From Camelus dromedarius (Eukaryota): a stretch of 64,000 nt of DNA. The notes beneath the pieces were generated by a model. That model was not told where the DNA came from. It searched no databases and saw only the letters and a program-made list of their open reading frames with translations. The stretch lies in NCBI RefSeq assembly GCF_036321535.1, contig NC_087437.1, positions 1,612,001-1,676,000 of the forward strand. Reading direction: 5' to 3'. Positions 38,201 through 49,436 of the stretch are shown one piece after another (position 1 is the stretch's first letter; each line of letters starts with the position of its first letter). Made by a program: the position numbers and the translations under genes.

Positions 38201-40340
38201 TGGGGATGTATGTGGAGCAGAGCCAGTGTGTCTGCACGTGTGTTTGGGTGTAGGTGCATGCAGTAGTTTTAAGAAAAGCAGAAGCTGTCCCTTAGGAGTC
38301 TGAAGCAGTAAAACTTCTATGGTGTCCCTCACTGTATAATTCAAAATGAAAATAATCTTCAATCACCAGAAATGTACTCCCCCCCACCCCGATTCTCATT
38401 TTTTCCCCGATATGGATTCTGTCTTCATTTTACTGATGGGGAAACTAGCTTAGAGTTGTTAAGTGACTCAGTCAAGGGCATGGAGCTCGCGAGCCCAGGG
38501 CCAGGATGCAGTCCAAGCGGCCCGGCTCCAGAGGCCTGGAAACCTGCTCACGACCGCGCGTGTCCTCTTGGCCGGGGGAACAGATTCTGATGGGCAGGGG
38601 CTAGCGTGCCGGCTGCCCAAGACACGGACTCTGCAAGTCGGGTGGAGAGTACCAGACAGCAGACGAGGGTAAAGGGCTGCTCAGAAATCAGTTAGTTTCC
38701 TAGATATTCGATAAGTAAGGAGGCTCACTGCTCACCCTCGATCCATTTGCTGGTGGCTAAAAGGGACCAAGGCCCACGAGAGCGCTTCTGGGAGCTGCTG
38801 CCTGCCGAAACCTGGAACAGGACTGCTCCGGACTGGCTCTGCAGCAGGAGCGAAGGGAGGCAATGTCGCCACCTGGTGGACATCCTGGGTAGTGGCGGTA
38901 GGAGGCCTAGCACCCTTGGTATGGAGGTGGCAAGACGAGGTCCTACGAGATGATCTTTTCCACGGGTCTTAAAAATCATTGCTTGATATATTTTATCCGC
39001 TTTGGGGTTTACTGTAGGATGGTAAATATGGTCTCCGTTACTCCTTCTTAGCTGGATTGATGAATTGTTTTTGAGGTTAATTTTCTCTTCAGTGATTTGG
39101 AAGCTATATTGCCTTTTAAGGAAAATTCTCTCTAAATGTTTATAAATCATCTCGAAGTTCATAACTCTATATTTAATTCGACTAGTATTGCTACAACAGC
39201 CTCATAAACGAAATCATCTATTAGATCTTGTTCCTCAATCATGATACATTTAGCATATTTTACCTCTCTGCTCTTCCCAATGGTGCATGTGTGTGAGCGC
39301 ATGATCTACACTTACTGCTTTTTAGACAGTTGCTTTAAGTTTGTTACATTCACAATGAAAATATAGGGATAAATAACTTGGATTTCATTACTCACTACCA
39401 CTACTTAATCCCATGTCTTTCCCATTTTTGAGTTATTTACTTCTTTCCCAATCAAATGGAGACATGATTGGCTAATTTTTTTTGAGCGGTGGACTTGGAA
39501 CCCTTCCCTGTCTATAAGCAGCTTTAGGTTCTTGCCATAACTCGGCTTCATTGAGAAGCATGTTTTTACCGTTTCTCAGACGGGCTTCCGCTTTGAAGCA
39601 CTAAACCGTCTCTGTACTCTTTCTCTCCATGCTTATTCCTGAAAAAGTGAGCTCTCTACCGGAATAAAGATGCTTCCCGTCAGAGATGTTTGGCTCCCTG
39701 TCCCAAGGTCCAGAAGAAGAGAAAAGGAAAGATTCCTGGCTCCGATGCTTCTGTTCTGTCAGCTGAGAGATCTAGTTATCCGTGTGGCTGCGGTGGAACC
39801 TGCAACAACTTGCCTCATAGTTTCCTTTTTCTGGCTTACTAGGGGAGCCGCATTAACTGAGGTCACGGCGCTCTGGCCCTTTTCGGGATCCCGGTGCTGA
39901 GGCAGCCCCTTCCCCCCACCCCCACTCCTTGTCATTTGGATCGTGCAAACTGGGTGCCAGCCGTGCGAACCCTGCACCTGGCGGCCAGGATTGCCCCCCC
40001 ACGCGACGTGTCCCCAGTTCCTCGGCATCCCTCACTGCTACCAGCTAGCTCCAGGAAGGGTGCGAGCTGGCTTCCACTGCCGTCCTTCCTCCTTCCTGTC
40101 CAGGCGGGCCCTCCTTTTGCGCTAGTCGGCCCGAAACCTTCTCTCCTGCGCTGCATACGCTGAAGAACTGCCTCAACGTTTCCAGCCGCTAGAGGGCCCT
40201 CTTCTCCTCTTTTTGGTCCCCTTCAGCGCTGACAGTGGAAATTGAGCAGGTGGGAAGGGCTTGGGGGTTCTCCGTATCTAGGGGCTCCCGATCCATCAGA
40301 TTCAACTAAATGCGGGTTGAAAATATTCGGGAAAAAACAG
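35297..40340 (+). repeat. Macrosatellite unit 8
   Basis: Anchor recurrence, 5044 bp. Confidence 0.97.
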
Positions 40341-43300
40341 AAAGTTTCAAAAAGCAACACTTGAATTTGCCACACACACGCAACTGCTTGCATAGCATTG
40401 ATGTTGCCTTACATACCACGCGTCACCTAGAGATGATTTAAAGTGCACAGGAGGACACAGCGAAAGAGAATGTGAAAATGAATGTATGCGTATGTTCGTG
40501 TATAACTGAAAAATTGTGCTCTACACTGGAATCTGACACAACATTGTCAAATGACAATAACTCGGGGGAAAAAAATGTTTGTATGTAAAAAGTAAAGTAC
40601 ACGGGAGGGTGCGTGTAATTGTCTGTAAGCCCTATGTCATTTTATGCAAGAGGCATCAGCATCCATGAATGTTGGCATGTGTGGGGAGTCCTGGGACCAG
40701 TGCCCCATGGTTACCAAGGGATGACTGGAAGCCCAGGCTCCTCGTCCCAGCCTGTCATGTCCCCACGTGGTCTGAACCCTGCCTGTGCCACACTCCCCTG
40801 GTCACCCTCCTCCAGCCCTGCCAGACTGCCCTCTTCTTCTGGAACAGTCCAAGCTCACTGCACTTCATGCCTGACCTCTAGTAATACCCGTTACTTTCTG
40901 AGCATGGCTCTGCTTCAGAAAGGCGGCCTGCATTGCCACTAGAGAACACAGGATGGGAGTTCCTTAAAAAACTAACATTGGACTTACCGTATGATCCAGC
41001 CTTCCCACGCCTGGGGATATGTGAGGAGAAATCTCTAATTCAAAAAGTCACATGCACCTCAATGTTCACAGCAGCCCTATTTATAACAGCCGGGACGTGG
41101 AAAGAAGCCAAACAAACGTCCATCGGCTGGCGAGTGGACAAAGGGGCAGTGTCCTATTTATGCCATGGAATACTACTCAGCCATGAAAAAGGATAAACCA
41201 GTGACATTTGCGGCCACATGTACGGACACAGAGATAGTCATTCTGTGTGAAGGAAGCCAGAAGATGGAAAAATGCCATATGATGCCACTTCCATGCGGAA
41301 TCTAAACAAAAGTCAGAGACGAAGTTAACGACAAAAGAGGAACAGACCCACAGACATAGAGAAACAAACTTACGGTTACCAGGGAGGGAAGGGGGTGGAA
41401 AGGGGAAAATATGGGCATTGGAGAATTGCCCCTCTTGGGGAGTGATGGAAATGGTAGCTATCTTGATGGTGGTGATGGTTTTCTGGGTGCAGACGTCTAT
41501 GAAAATTCATCAAATACTACATGTGAGATGTGTCTAATTGACGGAACAGAAATCGTACCACAATAAAGGTGTTTTAAACAAAGAGAGATGGGCTGCATTG
41601 TGTCCTATGTTTCTATGTGTCTTCAGGGAGGCCTCAACAGGGCGGTGCTGGCCTTCCTGCCAACACGATGGCAAGAAGCCCGAACGATCCATCGATGGGA
41701 AGAAGATAAGAGCTGTGGTCACATCTGGACCCCAAGCTTAGACATGGTGCGTGGGTGACATTTATCGACAATCCGGCGAGTTTCCGGCCAGAGCTATAGG
41801 CCGGGGCAGCAAAGCGGGAGCGGCACTAAGGAGCATGGTGGCGCAGAGGCTGGACTGGGGGCCCGCAGGCTCCTCCCGGGAGGAGCCTCAAAGTTTGGGA
41901 GGTGGCTAACGTGCCTGCTTCGTGTCACCAGCGAGTGATGCCACCTGTGGGCAATCAGCTGGAATCCTGAGCCGGGTCAGCCCTGGGTAATGCGCTAAGG
42001 GCTCCTAGATTAGGGGGCGACAGACGGACAGTGAACCAAGCAACAGGCTGCTGAGTTTGGGGCCTGTGTTTCTCGTGCTTTCCGTGTCTCACTGCACCTC
42101 AGTGTCGCCCGGAGGAATTGCGGCGGTGTTTCGAGGCTGATGGCCTCTCGGTTCCTCATCAGCCTGGCAAGCCCCCAGCTTTCTCCGGCCAGACCTTGGC
42201 AAGCGCCTTCCCTTGTTCTAACAAAAGCCTTCCCACCCTCGCCTGCGGGGAGCTTTTGTTTTCTTAATTGATGGGAATGACGATACCTTCCAGCCTCCTC
42301 AGGCCTTTCCTTGGTGCTTCTGCCCTTAGACCCCGGCAAGGGGGCCCTCCCCAACCCCGCTGCCCTGGGTCCTGAACTACAGAGGGTCCCTCTGGCCCTG
42401 ACACGCCCTCTGGCCACGCCCTCCACGGGATGGATTCAGCAGGGCCAAGGGGACACGCCAAATGACTCCACCCCGTGCTCTGGAAACCCAGGATCACGAA
42501 TGCCCTGCCCCAGCAGCCCCTGACCCACTTCTAGTGTCTGCACCGGCTCTCGCCAGAGCTCAGCTTCCCAGGACTCACACAGAGGCCAACGGTCAGCTGT
42601 TGGCATGGAGGGTATGGACAGAGCCCGGATGTGAGGACTGAGTGTCCCCCTGTGCACCTAAGAGGCCACTTGGGGCATGGGATGGACCCAGCATTGGGAA
42701 GAAAACGGTCAGGCTATTGGTCAGACACTGGGAATCGGCTCTCCCCACACTGTCACTTTCTGTGCGGGACTCCCTTGAGTCTGGGAATTCTAAAGTTGAG
42801 CCTGGCCTTCCCTCTTAGAATGAATGTGTCATTGTAAAGTCAGGAGTTTAGAACCTACCGCGCTTAAAATGTTGACAAATATACGATGGGAACTACCAGA
42901 TAAGCTCTGGCCCTGCACTTGCAAAGGACCAGAGCAGTTCTTTTGGCTCTGCTGAGACTGCAAGGGGCAAGACCTTCTCCAGAGTGGAGGGGCTCCTGCT
43001 TCATGCTCCGAATTCAGGAGCTTCTGAGCGGATGAAACAATGGACACTGAGACCCTCGATTGGAAGTTGCTTTAGAATGACGCCAAAGTTGTGTGTGACG
43101 TGTGTGTGCGTACGCGCTCGCGTACACCTGGGGACGTGTGAGGTACGTGACAGTGAATTTGTGTGTGTGTGCGCGCCTGAGGACTTGGGTGGTTGTGTGT
43201 TATGTTATGGGTGTGTGTGTGGCACATGACTCCAAGTGTGTGCGTGGGGATGTATGTGGAGCAGAGCCAGTGTGTCTGCACGTGTGTTTGGGTGTAGGTG

Positions 43301-45384
43301 CATGCAGTAGTTTTAAGAAAAGCAGAAGCTGTCCCTTAGGAGTCTGAAGCAGTAAAACTTGTATGGTGTCCCTCACTGTATAATTCAAAATGAAAATAAT
43401 CTTCAATCACCAGAAATGTACTCCCCCCCACCCCGATTCTCATTTTTTCCCCGATATGGATTCTGTCTTCATTTTACTGATGGGGAAACTAGCTTAGAGT
43501 TGTTAAGTGACTCAGTCAAGGGCATGGAGCTCGCGAGCCCAGGGCCAGGATGCAGTCCAAGCGGCCCGGCTCCAGAGGCCTGGAAACCTGCTCACGACCG
43601 CGCGTGTCCTCTTGGCCGGGGGAACAGATTCTGATGGGCAGGGGCTAGCGTGCCGGCTGCCCAAGCCACGGACTCTGCAAGTCGGGTGGAGAGTACCAGA
43701 CAGCAGACGAGGGTAAAGGGCTGCTCAGAAATCAGTTAGTTTCCTAGATATTCGATAAGTAAGGAGGCTCACTGCTCACCCTCGATCCATTTGCTGGTGG
43801 CTAAAAGGGACCAAGGCCCACGAGAGCGCTTCTGGGAGCTGCTGCCTGCCGAAACCTGGAACAGGACTGCTCCGGACTGGCTCTGCAGCAGGAGCGAAGG
43901 GAGGCAATGTCGCCACCTGGTGGACATCCTGGGTAGTGGCGGTAGGAGGCCTAGCACCCTTGGTATGGAGGTGGCAAGACGAGGTCCTACGAGATGATCT
44001 TTTCCACGGGTCTTAAAAATCATTGCTTGATATATTTTATCCGCTTTGGGGTTTACTGTAGGATGGTAAATATGGTCTCCGTTACTCCTTCTTAGCTGGA
44101 TTGATGAATTGTTTTTGAGGTTAATTTTCTCTTCAGTGATTTGGAAGCTATATTGCCTTTTAAGGAAAATTCTCTCTAAATGTTTATAAATCATCTCGAA
44201 GTTCATAACTCTATATTTAATTCGACTAGTATTGCTACAACAGCCTCATAAACGAAATCATCTATTAGATCTTGTTCCTCAATCATGATACATTTAGCAT
44301 ATTTTACCTCTCTGCTCTTCCCAATGGTGCATGTGTGTGAGCGCATGATCTACACTTACTGCTTTTTAGACAGTTGCTTTAAGTTTGTTACATTCACAAT
44401 GAAAATATAGGGATAAATAACTTGGATTTCATTACTCACTACCACTACTTAATCCCATGTCTTTCCCATTTTTGAGTTATTTACTTCTTTCCCAATCAAA
44501 TGGAGACATGATTGGCTAATTTTTTTTGAGCGGTGGACTTGGAACCCTTCCCTGTCTATAAGCAGCTTTAGGTTCTTGCCATAACTCGGCTTCATTGAGA
44601 AGCATGTTTTTACCGTTTCTCAGACGGGCTTCCGCTTTGAAGCACTAAACCGTCTCTGTACTCTTTCTCTCCATGCTTATTCCTGAAAAAGTGAGCTCTC
44701 TACCGGAATAAAGATGCTTCCCATCAGAGATGTTTGGCTCCCTGTCCCAAGGTCCAGAAGAAGAGAAAAGGAAAGATTCCTGGCTCCGATGCTTCTGTTC
44801 TGTCAGCTGAGAGATCTAGTTATCCGTGTGGCTGCGGTGGAACCTGCAACAACTTGCCTCATAGTTTCCTTTTTCTGGCTTACTAGGGGAGCCGCATTAA
44901 CTGAGGTCACGGCGCTCTGGCCCTTTTCGGGATCCCGGTGCTGAGGCAGCCCCTTCCCCCCACCCCCACTCCTTGTCATTTGGATCGTGCAAACTGGGTG
45001 CCAGCCGTGCGAACCCTGCACCTGGCGGCCAGGATTGCCCCCCCACGCGACGTGTCCCCAGTTCCTCGGCATCCCTCACTGCTACCAGCTAGCTCCAGGA
45101 AGGGTGCGAGCTGGCTTCCACTGCCGTCCTTCCTCCTTCCTGTCCAGGCGGGCCCTCCTTTTGCGCTAGTCGGCCCGAAACCTTCTCTCCTGCGCTGCAT
45201 ACGCTGAAGAACTGCCTCAACGTTTCCAGCCGCTAGAGGGCGCTCTTCTCCTCTTTTTGGTCCCCTTCAGCGCTGACAGTGGAAATTGAGCAGGTGGGAA
45301 GGGCTTGGGGGTTCTCCGTATCTAGGGGCTCCCGATCCATCAGATTCAACTAAATGCGGGTTGAAAATATTCGGGAAAAAACAG
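40341..45384 (+). repeat. Macrosatellite unit 9
   Basis: Anchor recurrence, 5044 bp. Confidence 0.97.
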
Positions 45385-46100
45385 AAAGTTTCAAAAAGCA
45401 ACACTTGAATTTGCCACACACACGCAACTGCTTGCATAGCATTGATGTTGCCTTACATACCACGCGTCACCTAGAGATGATTTAAAGTGCACAGGAGGAC
45501 ACAGCGAAAGAGAATGTGAAAATGAATGTATGCGTATGTTCGTGTATAACTGAAAAATTGTGCTCTACACTGGAATCTGACACAACATTGTCAAATGACA
45601 ATAACTCGGGGGAAAAAAATGTTTGTATGTAAAAAGTAAAGTACACGGGAGGGTGCGTGTAATTGTCTGTAAGCCCTATGTCATTTTATGCAAGAGGCAT
45701 CAGCATCCATGAATGTTGGCATGTGTGGGGAGTCCTGGGACCAGTGCCCCATGGTTACCAAGGGATGACTGGAAGCCCAGGCTCCTCGTCCCAGCCTGTC
45801 ATGTCCCCACGTGGTCTGAACCCTGCCTGTGCCACACTCCCCTGGTCACCCTCCTCCAGCCCTGCCAGACTGCCCTCTTCTTCTGGAACAGTCCAAGCTC
45901 ACTGCACTTCATGCCTGACCTCTAGTAATACCCGTTACTTTCTGAGCATGGCTCTGCTTCAGAAAAGCAGGCTGCATTGCAACTAGAGAAGATAGAATGG
46001 GGGTTTCTTTTAAAACTAATTATGGACTTACCTTTTGATCCAACCTTCCCAAGCCTGGGGATTTGTGAGGAGAAATCTGTAATTCAAAATTCACAAGCAG
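45385..46100 (+). repeat. Truncated terminal unit 10 (716 bp), cut by the provirus
   Basis: Matches the unit start closely to ~45965, is diverged over 45966-46100, then the LTR begins. Confidence 0.95.
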
Positions 46101-46582
46101 TGCGGGGATTTGCCTCAAAGACTGAGGGTTGTGCACTCATTGCTTAACAACCGTTTTTGCTGTACATAGCCCTGGGAGACTTGCTGTGCCAAGATTCCCT
46201 GTCCAGCCACCCCACCTTAAATTTTGTAGATTAACAGTTGTTTGCCCTAGAAGAGGTTCTGTTCTTTGCTACTTGCCCAAGGAAATCAAGATTAGGAAAG
46301 CTTTACATCTTTACTTTATGACTGCAATTAATATGTCCAGAACAGCATTGTAAAAGATCTTGAGGGACACTATGTTATCCTCCTTGGTATGCAATGTTTT
46401 TTCTCCTTAAGCATTATAAAAATAATTGCTGAGCAAGCCTCCTCGGCGGTGTCAGTCCTCTGCCTCAGAAGTCTGCAAGACCCGTCCCTCTCGATCCCAT
46501 TCTTTGTGTGTGTCCTGTTCTTTTTTCCTAGTTGTAGCGACCGCGTCTTCAGACATATTCCTTTTGCCGGCTGGCTCCGGCA
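46101..46582 (+). mobile_element. 5' LTR (482 bp)
   Basis: tgcgggga...gctccggca; colinear without gaps with 53001-53482; TATA-like tataaaa near 46415. Confidence 0.95.
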
Positions 46583-46584
46583 AG

Positions 46585-46602
46585 TGTTGCCCGAACTGGA
46601 AC
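46585..46602 (+). promoter_or_regulatory. Primer-binding site, tRNA-Lys(3)-like, degenerate
   Basis: tgttgcccgaactggaac vs TGGCGCCCGAACAGGGAC (14/18), 2 nt after the LTR end. Confidence 0.75.
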
Positions 46603-46716
46603 TTAAAGCCGTAAAGTAGTTGCCACGACCGCTGCCCTGAGAAGACAAGGGATCCCGAAGAAGATGACAGAAAGTTAAGGAAAGGGCAGGGAGAGTAAAG
46701 TCGAGAGTATCAAATT

Positions 46717-48498
46717 ATTGGGCAAGTTATTAGTAGACAATTGTTTGTTCAGATGTTAAAGTTTATTTTAAAGGAAAGAGGGGTGCATGTAAATATATCT
46801 AAGCTAGAAAAATTTTTTTGTTCATAGAAGAGGTACGTCCCTGGTTTCCTGAGGAAGGGACTATGAATTTAACCACTTGGAAAAAGGTTCGAAATAATTC
46901 CATGATTATTATACTGCTAATGGGCCCAATTAAGTTCCAGTAGATAATTTTCCCTTATGGAATTTAATTAAAGATTGTCTGGATCTTGACCATGAGGGAG
47001 AAAAATTGCGACTTGCATTAAAACAAGAAAAATATACCGAAAATCCTATAAATCTTACACCTACTGCCCCTCCAGAAGAACCTCTATATGCGGTTCCTGA
47101 GGGAGTTACAAAAGCAGCTTCTGACCTCCGTGGCTCCTTTGACTTCGAATTAGATCCTGCTGATCAGGCCGAGTTAAAGGAACAGGCAGCCCATTATCAT
47201 GATGAGGAATCCCCTTGGAATGTTGTGTTAAATTTAGAACAGAACAGCACTTCAGCACTGGTCTTCCGTAAACTATGGCAATTACTAGCTGAGTGCGTTA
47301 AATGTTTACCCAAAAATACGAACCCGGAGATTAAAGATGAGCTTCTGCATTTATCTCCTGCTTATCCTCCTTCTGTTATAGCCGGTTTAGATCCTCCACC
47401 TCCTATTGAAATACCTGTTTCTCTGCCTTTAATTGCTGGTGCCTGCCAGCAAACCACTTCTATCAGTTCTCCAGTCTGGGTATTGAGCCCATTGCAAAAG
47501 GCTTTGTGACAAGCGCATCAAATTGGAGAAACAATACCAGGATTTACTAATATGTTCCCAGTTTTTGAAAATGCACAGCAGCAACGATATCATGAACCTA
47601 TCCCTTTTAAACAGCTTAAAGAGTTAAAACTGGCTTGTGCTCAATACTGCCTTATGGCACCTTTCACACAAGCCATCCTTGAAGCACTCGGCAATCAATT
47701 TCTCCCTCCTAATGATTGGAAACAAGTAGCTCCAGCCTGCCTAACAGGGGGAAATTATTTACTGTGGAAATCAGAATATGCAGAACAATGTGGAGCTACG
47801 TCTGAAATTAACAGACAACAAGGATTGCCGGTCACTTTTTATATGCTGGTAGGAGAAGGAGCTTATAGAGATATGAACACCCAATTAAATTATCCAGCCG
47901 GAGCTTATCCTCAGATCAATGCTGCAGCCCTTAAAGCATGGAGAAAATTGCCTAATTCAGAAAATAAAACTGAGGATTTGTCAAAAATTAGACAAGGGCT
48001 AGACGAACCCTATCAAGATTTTGTTGCCCGTTTATTAGAGACTTTGGGAAAAGTGGTAGGAGATGATCAAGCTGGAATGGTGTTTGCAAAACAGCTAGCT
48101 TATGAAAATGCCAACTCGGCATGCCTGAGGCATTATAGAAAAAAGGGTGGCCTATCTGATTACATTAAAATATGTGCTGATATAGGACCTTCTTATGTAT
48201 AGGGTGTAGCTATTGCTGCTGCCCTGCAAGGTAAAACTATAAAAGAAGTCTTATACCAACAATCAAAATGAAAAATTTTAAAAGTGCCTCACGAGTAGCC
48301 AGGCCCCCAGGTAGTTGTTATGCGTGTGGCCAGATGGGGCATCGGTTTGCCCAATGCCCTCAAAAATTTCAACAACCTCAAGGAAATGGAATATTAGTGC
48401 AGCCACCAGGAGTTTGCCCGAGATGGAAAAAGGGAAAGCACTGGGCCAAAGATTGTCATTCCAAGACAGATATCAATGGCCAACAACTTTCACCCTAG
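46717..48498 (+). pseudogene. gag: gag (betaretroviral, JSRV/ENTV-like matrix), disrupted
   Basis: N-terminus (I)GQVISRQLFVQML...FIEEVRPWFPEEGTMNLTTWKKV...LWNLIKDCLD. Major homology region IRQGLDEPYQDFVARL. Zinc knuckles CYACGQMGHRFAQC and CPRWKKGKHWAKDC. Start codon reads ATT; several stops and frameshifts. Confidence 0.92.
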
Positions 48499-48499
48499 C

Positions 48500-49436
48500 A
48501 GAGAAACTGGGTGAGGGGCCAGCCCCAGGCTCCGAAACAACGTTATGGGGCAATTCAAAGCCAGAGCATAGAGACCCAAAACCCATTTCTTCCAAACAAA
48601 CTGTCTCAAATTTGTTCAGAGCCAACAAAGGAAGCACAGGATTGGACCTCAGTGCCTCCTCCTATACAGTATTAACACCTGAAATGGGTATGCAAGCCCT
48701 ACCTACCGGGGTATATGGGCCTTTGCCTGAAGGGACCACGGGCTTGCTTTTGGGATGCAATAGTTCCACCATGAAAGGACTTTTAGTTGTTCCTGGAGTT
48801 ATCGATTCAGATTATGAGGGAGAAATTAAAATTATGGCTCATTCTCCAAAAAATATTACAGTTGTTCAATCAGGGCACCGAATTGCACAGCTCCTGCTTT
48901 TGCCCTTAGTGTCATCAGGACGTGTTCATTCTGATGTAAGACGAGGGTCAAATGGATTTGGGTCCTCAGACGCCTATTGGATTCAAAGTATAAGTGCTCA
49001 GCGCCCTGAATTAATTTTATATATAAAAGGAAATAAATTTAAAGGAATTTTAGACACAGGAGCTGATATCTCTGTAATTTCTTTAGACAATTGGCCTCAG
49101 CATTGGCCAAAACAGGTAGCCTTATCAACATTACAAGGCATAGGACAGTCTCATAATCCCGAGCCAAGTTCTGCAATCCTGACTTGGAAAGACGGTAAGG
49201 GACATCCTGGACAATTCCAACCTTATGTTCTTCCTGGATTACTGGTCAATCTATGGGGAAGGGATGTGATGGCTTGTATGAGTGTCTATTTGTATAGCAC
49301 TAATGCAAAAATTACTAATCAACTTTTAAGTCAAGGTTTGCTCCCCGATCAGGGGCTAAGAAAGAATGGACAAGGAATTGTTGAGCCGATTGATCCCAAG
49401 CCCAACTATACAGGCACTGGTTTGGGATATTTTTAG
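48500..49436 (+). pseudogene. pro: pro: dUTPase + aspartic protease + G-patch (frame open, provirus defective)
   Basis: dUTPase motifs GSTGLDL, GVIDSDYEGEIKI, RRGSNGFGSS; protease ILDTGADISVI and NLWGRD; C-terminal G-patch-like QLLSQGLLPDQGLRKNGQG. Confidence 0.92.

Larger units (their letters stand above)
1287..41746 (+). ncRNA. Putative repeated-exon lncRNA (FIRRE-like architecture): one 120-nt exon per unit at 1287-1406, 6333-6452, 11377-11496, 16421-16540, 21465-21584, 26505-26624, 31540-31659, 36583-36702, 41627-41746
   Basis: Each cassette follows a pyrimidine-rich acceptor (tcctatgtttctatgtgtcttcag|G) and ends at a good donor (ATG|gtgcgt). Copies are identical except one base in unit 1. 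CTCF-like motifs lie in the intervening DNA. No transcript evidence is available; the FIRRE resemblance is inference. Confidence 0.45.
1..46100. repeat. Tandem macrosatellite array, unit ~5.04 kb, 9 full copies + partial 10th; open at the left window edge
   Basis: The anchor aaagtttcaaaaagcaacac recurs at 1, 5047, 10091, 15135, 20179, 25221, 30261, 35297, 40341 and 45385. The ORF track repeats at 5036-5046 bp offsets. Units differ only by scattered SNPs and small indels. Confidence 0.99.

Noticed and set aside
1..45384. Whole array as an assembly artefact
   Set aside because: Units carry distinct, block-wise shared SNPs and indels consistent with real paralogues; only the near-identical 5040-bp pair needs read-level confirmation.
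279..45986. Dozens of recurring 60-145 aa ORFs in the units as a multicopy protein gene
   Set aside because: They recur only because the DNA is repeated. They overlap TE fragments and GT tracts, many start at non-ATG codons, several are broken in some units, and none shows a recognisable domain except the L1 ORF2 tail.
1..46100. Tandem array of U1/U2 snRNA, 5S rRNA, tRNA or DUX-type retrogene (RNU2/D4Z4-like)
   Set aside because: No recognisable snRNA, 5S or tRNA sequence and no homeodomain ORF found by eye; an Infernal/Rfam scan would be decisive.
1..46100. CRISPR array or prokaryotic system
   Set aside because: The repeats are 5 kb with no spacers, and the DNA is mammalian (L1, L2, MIR, ERV).
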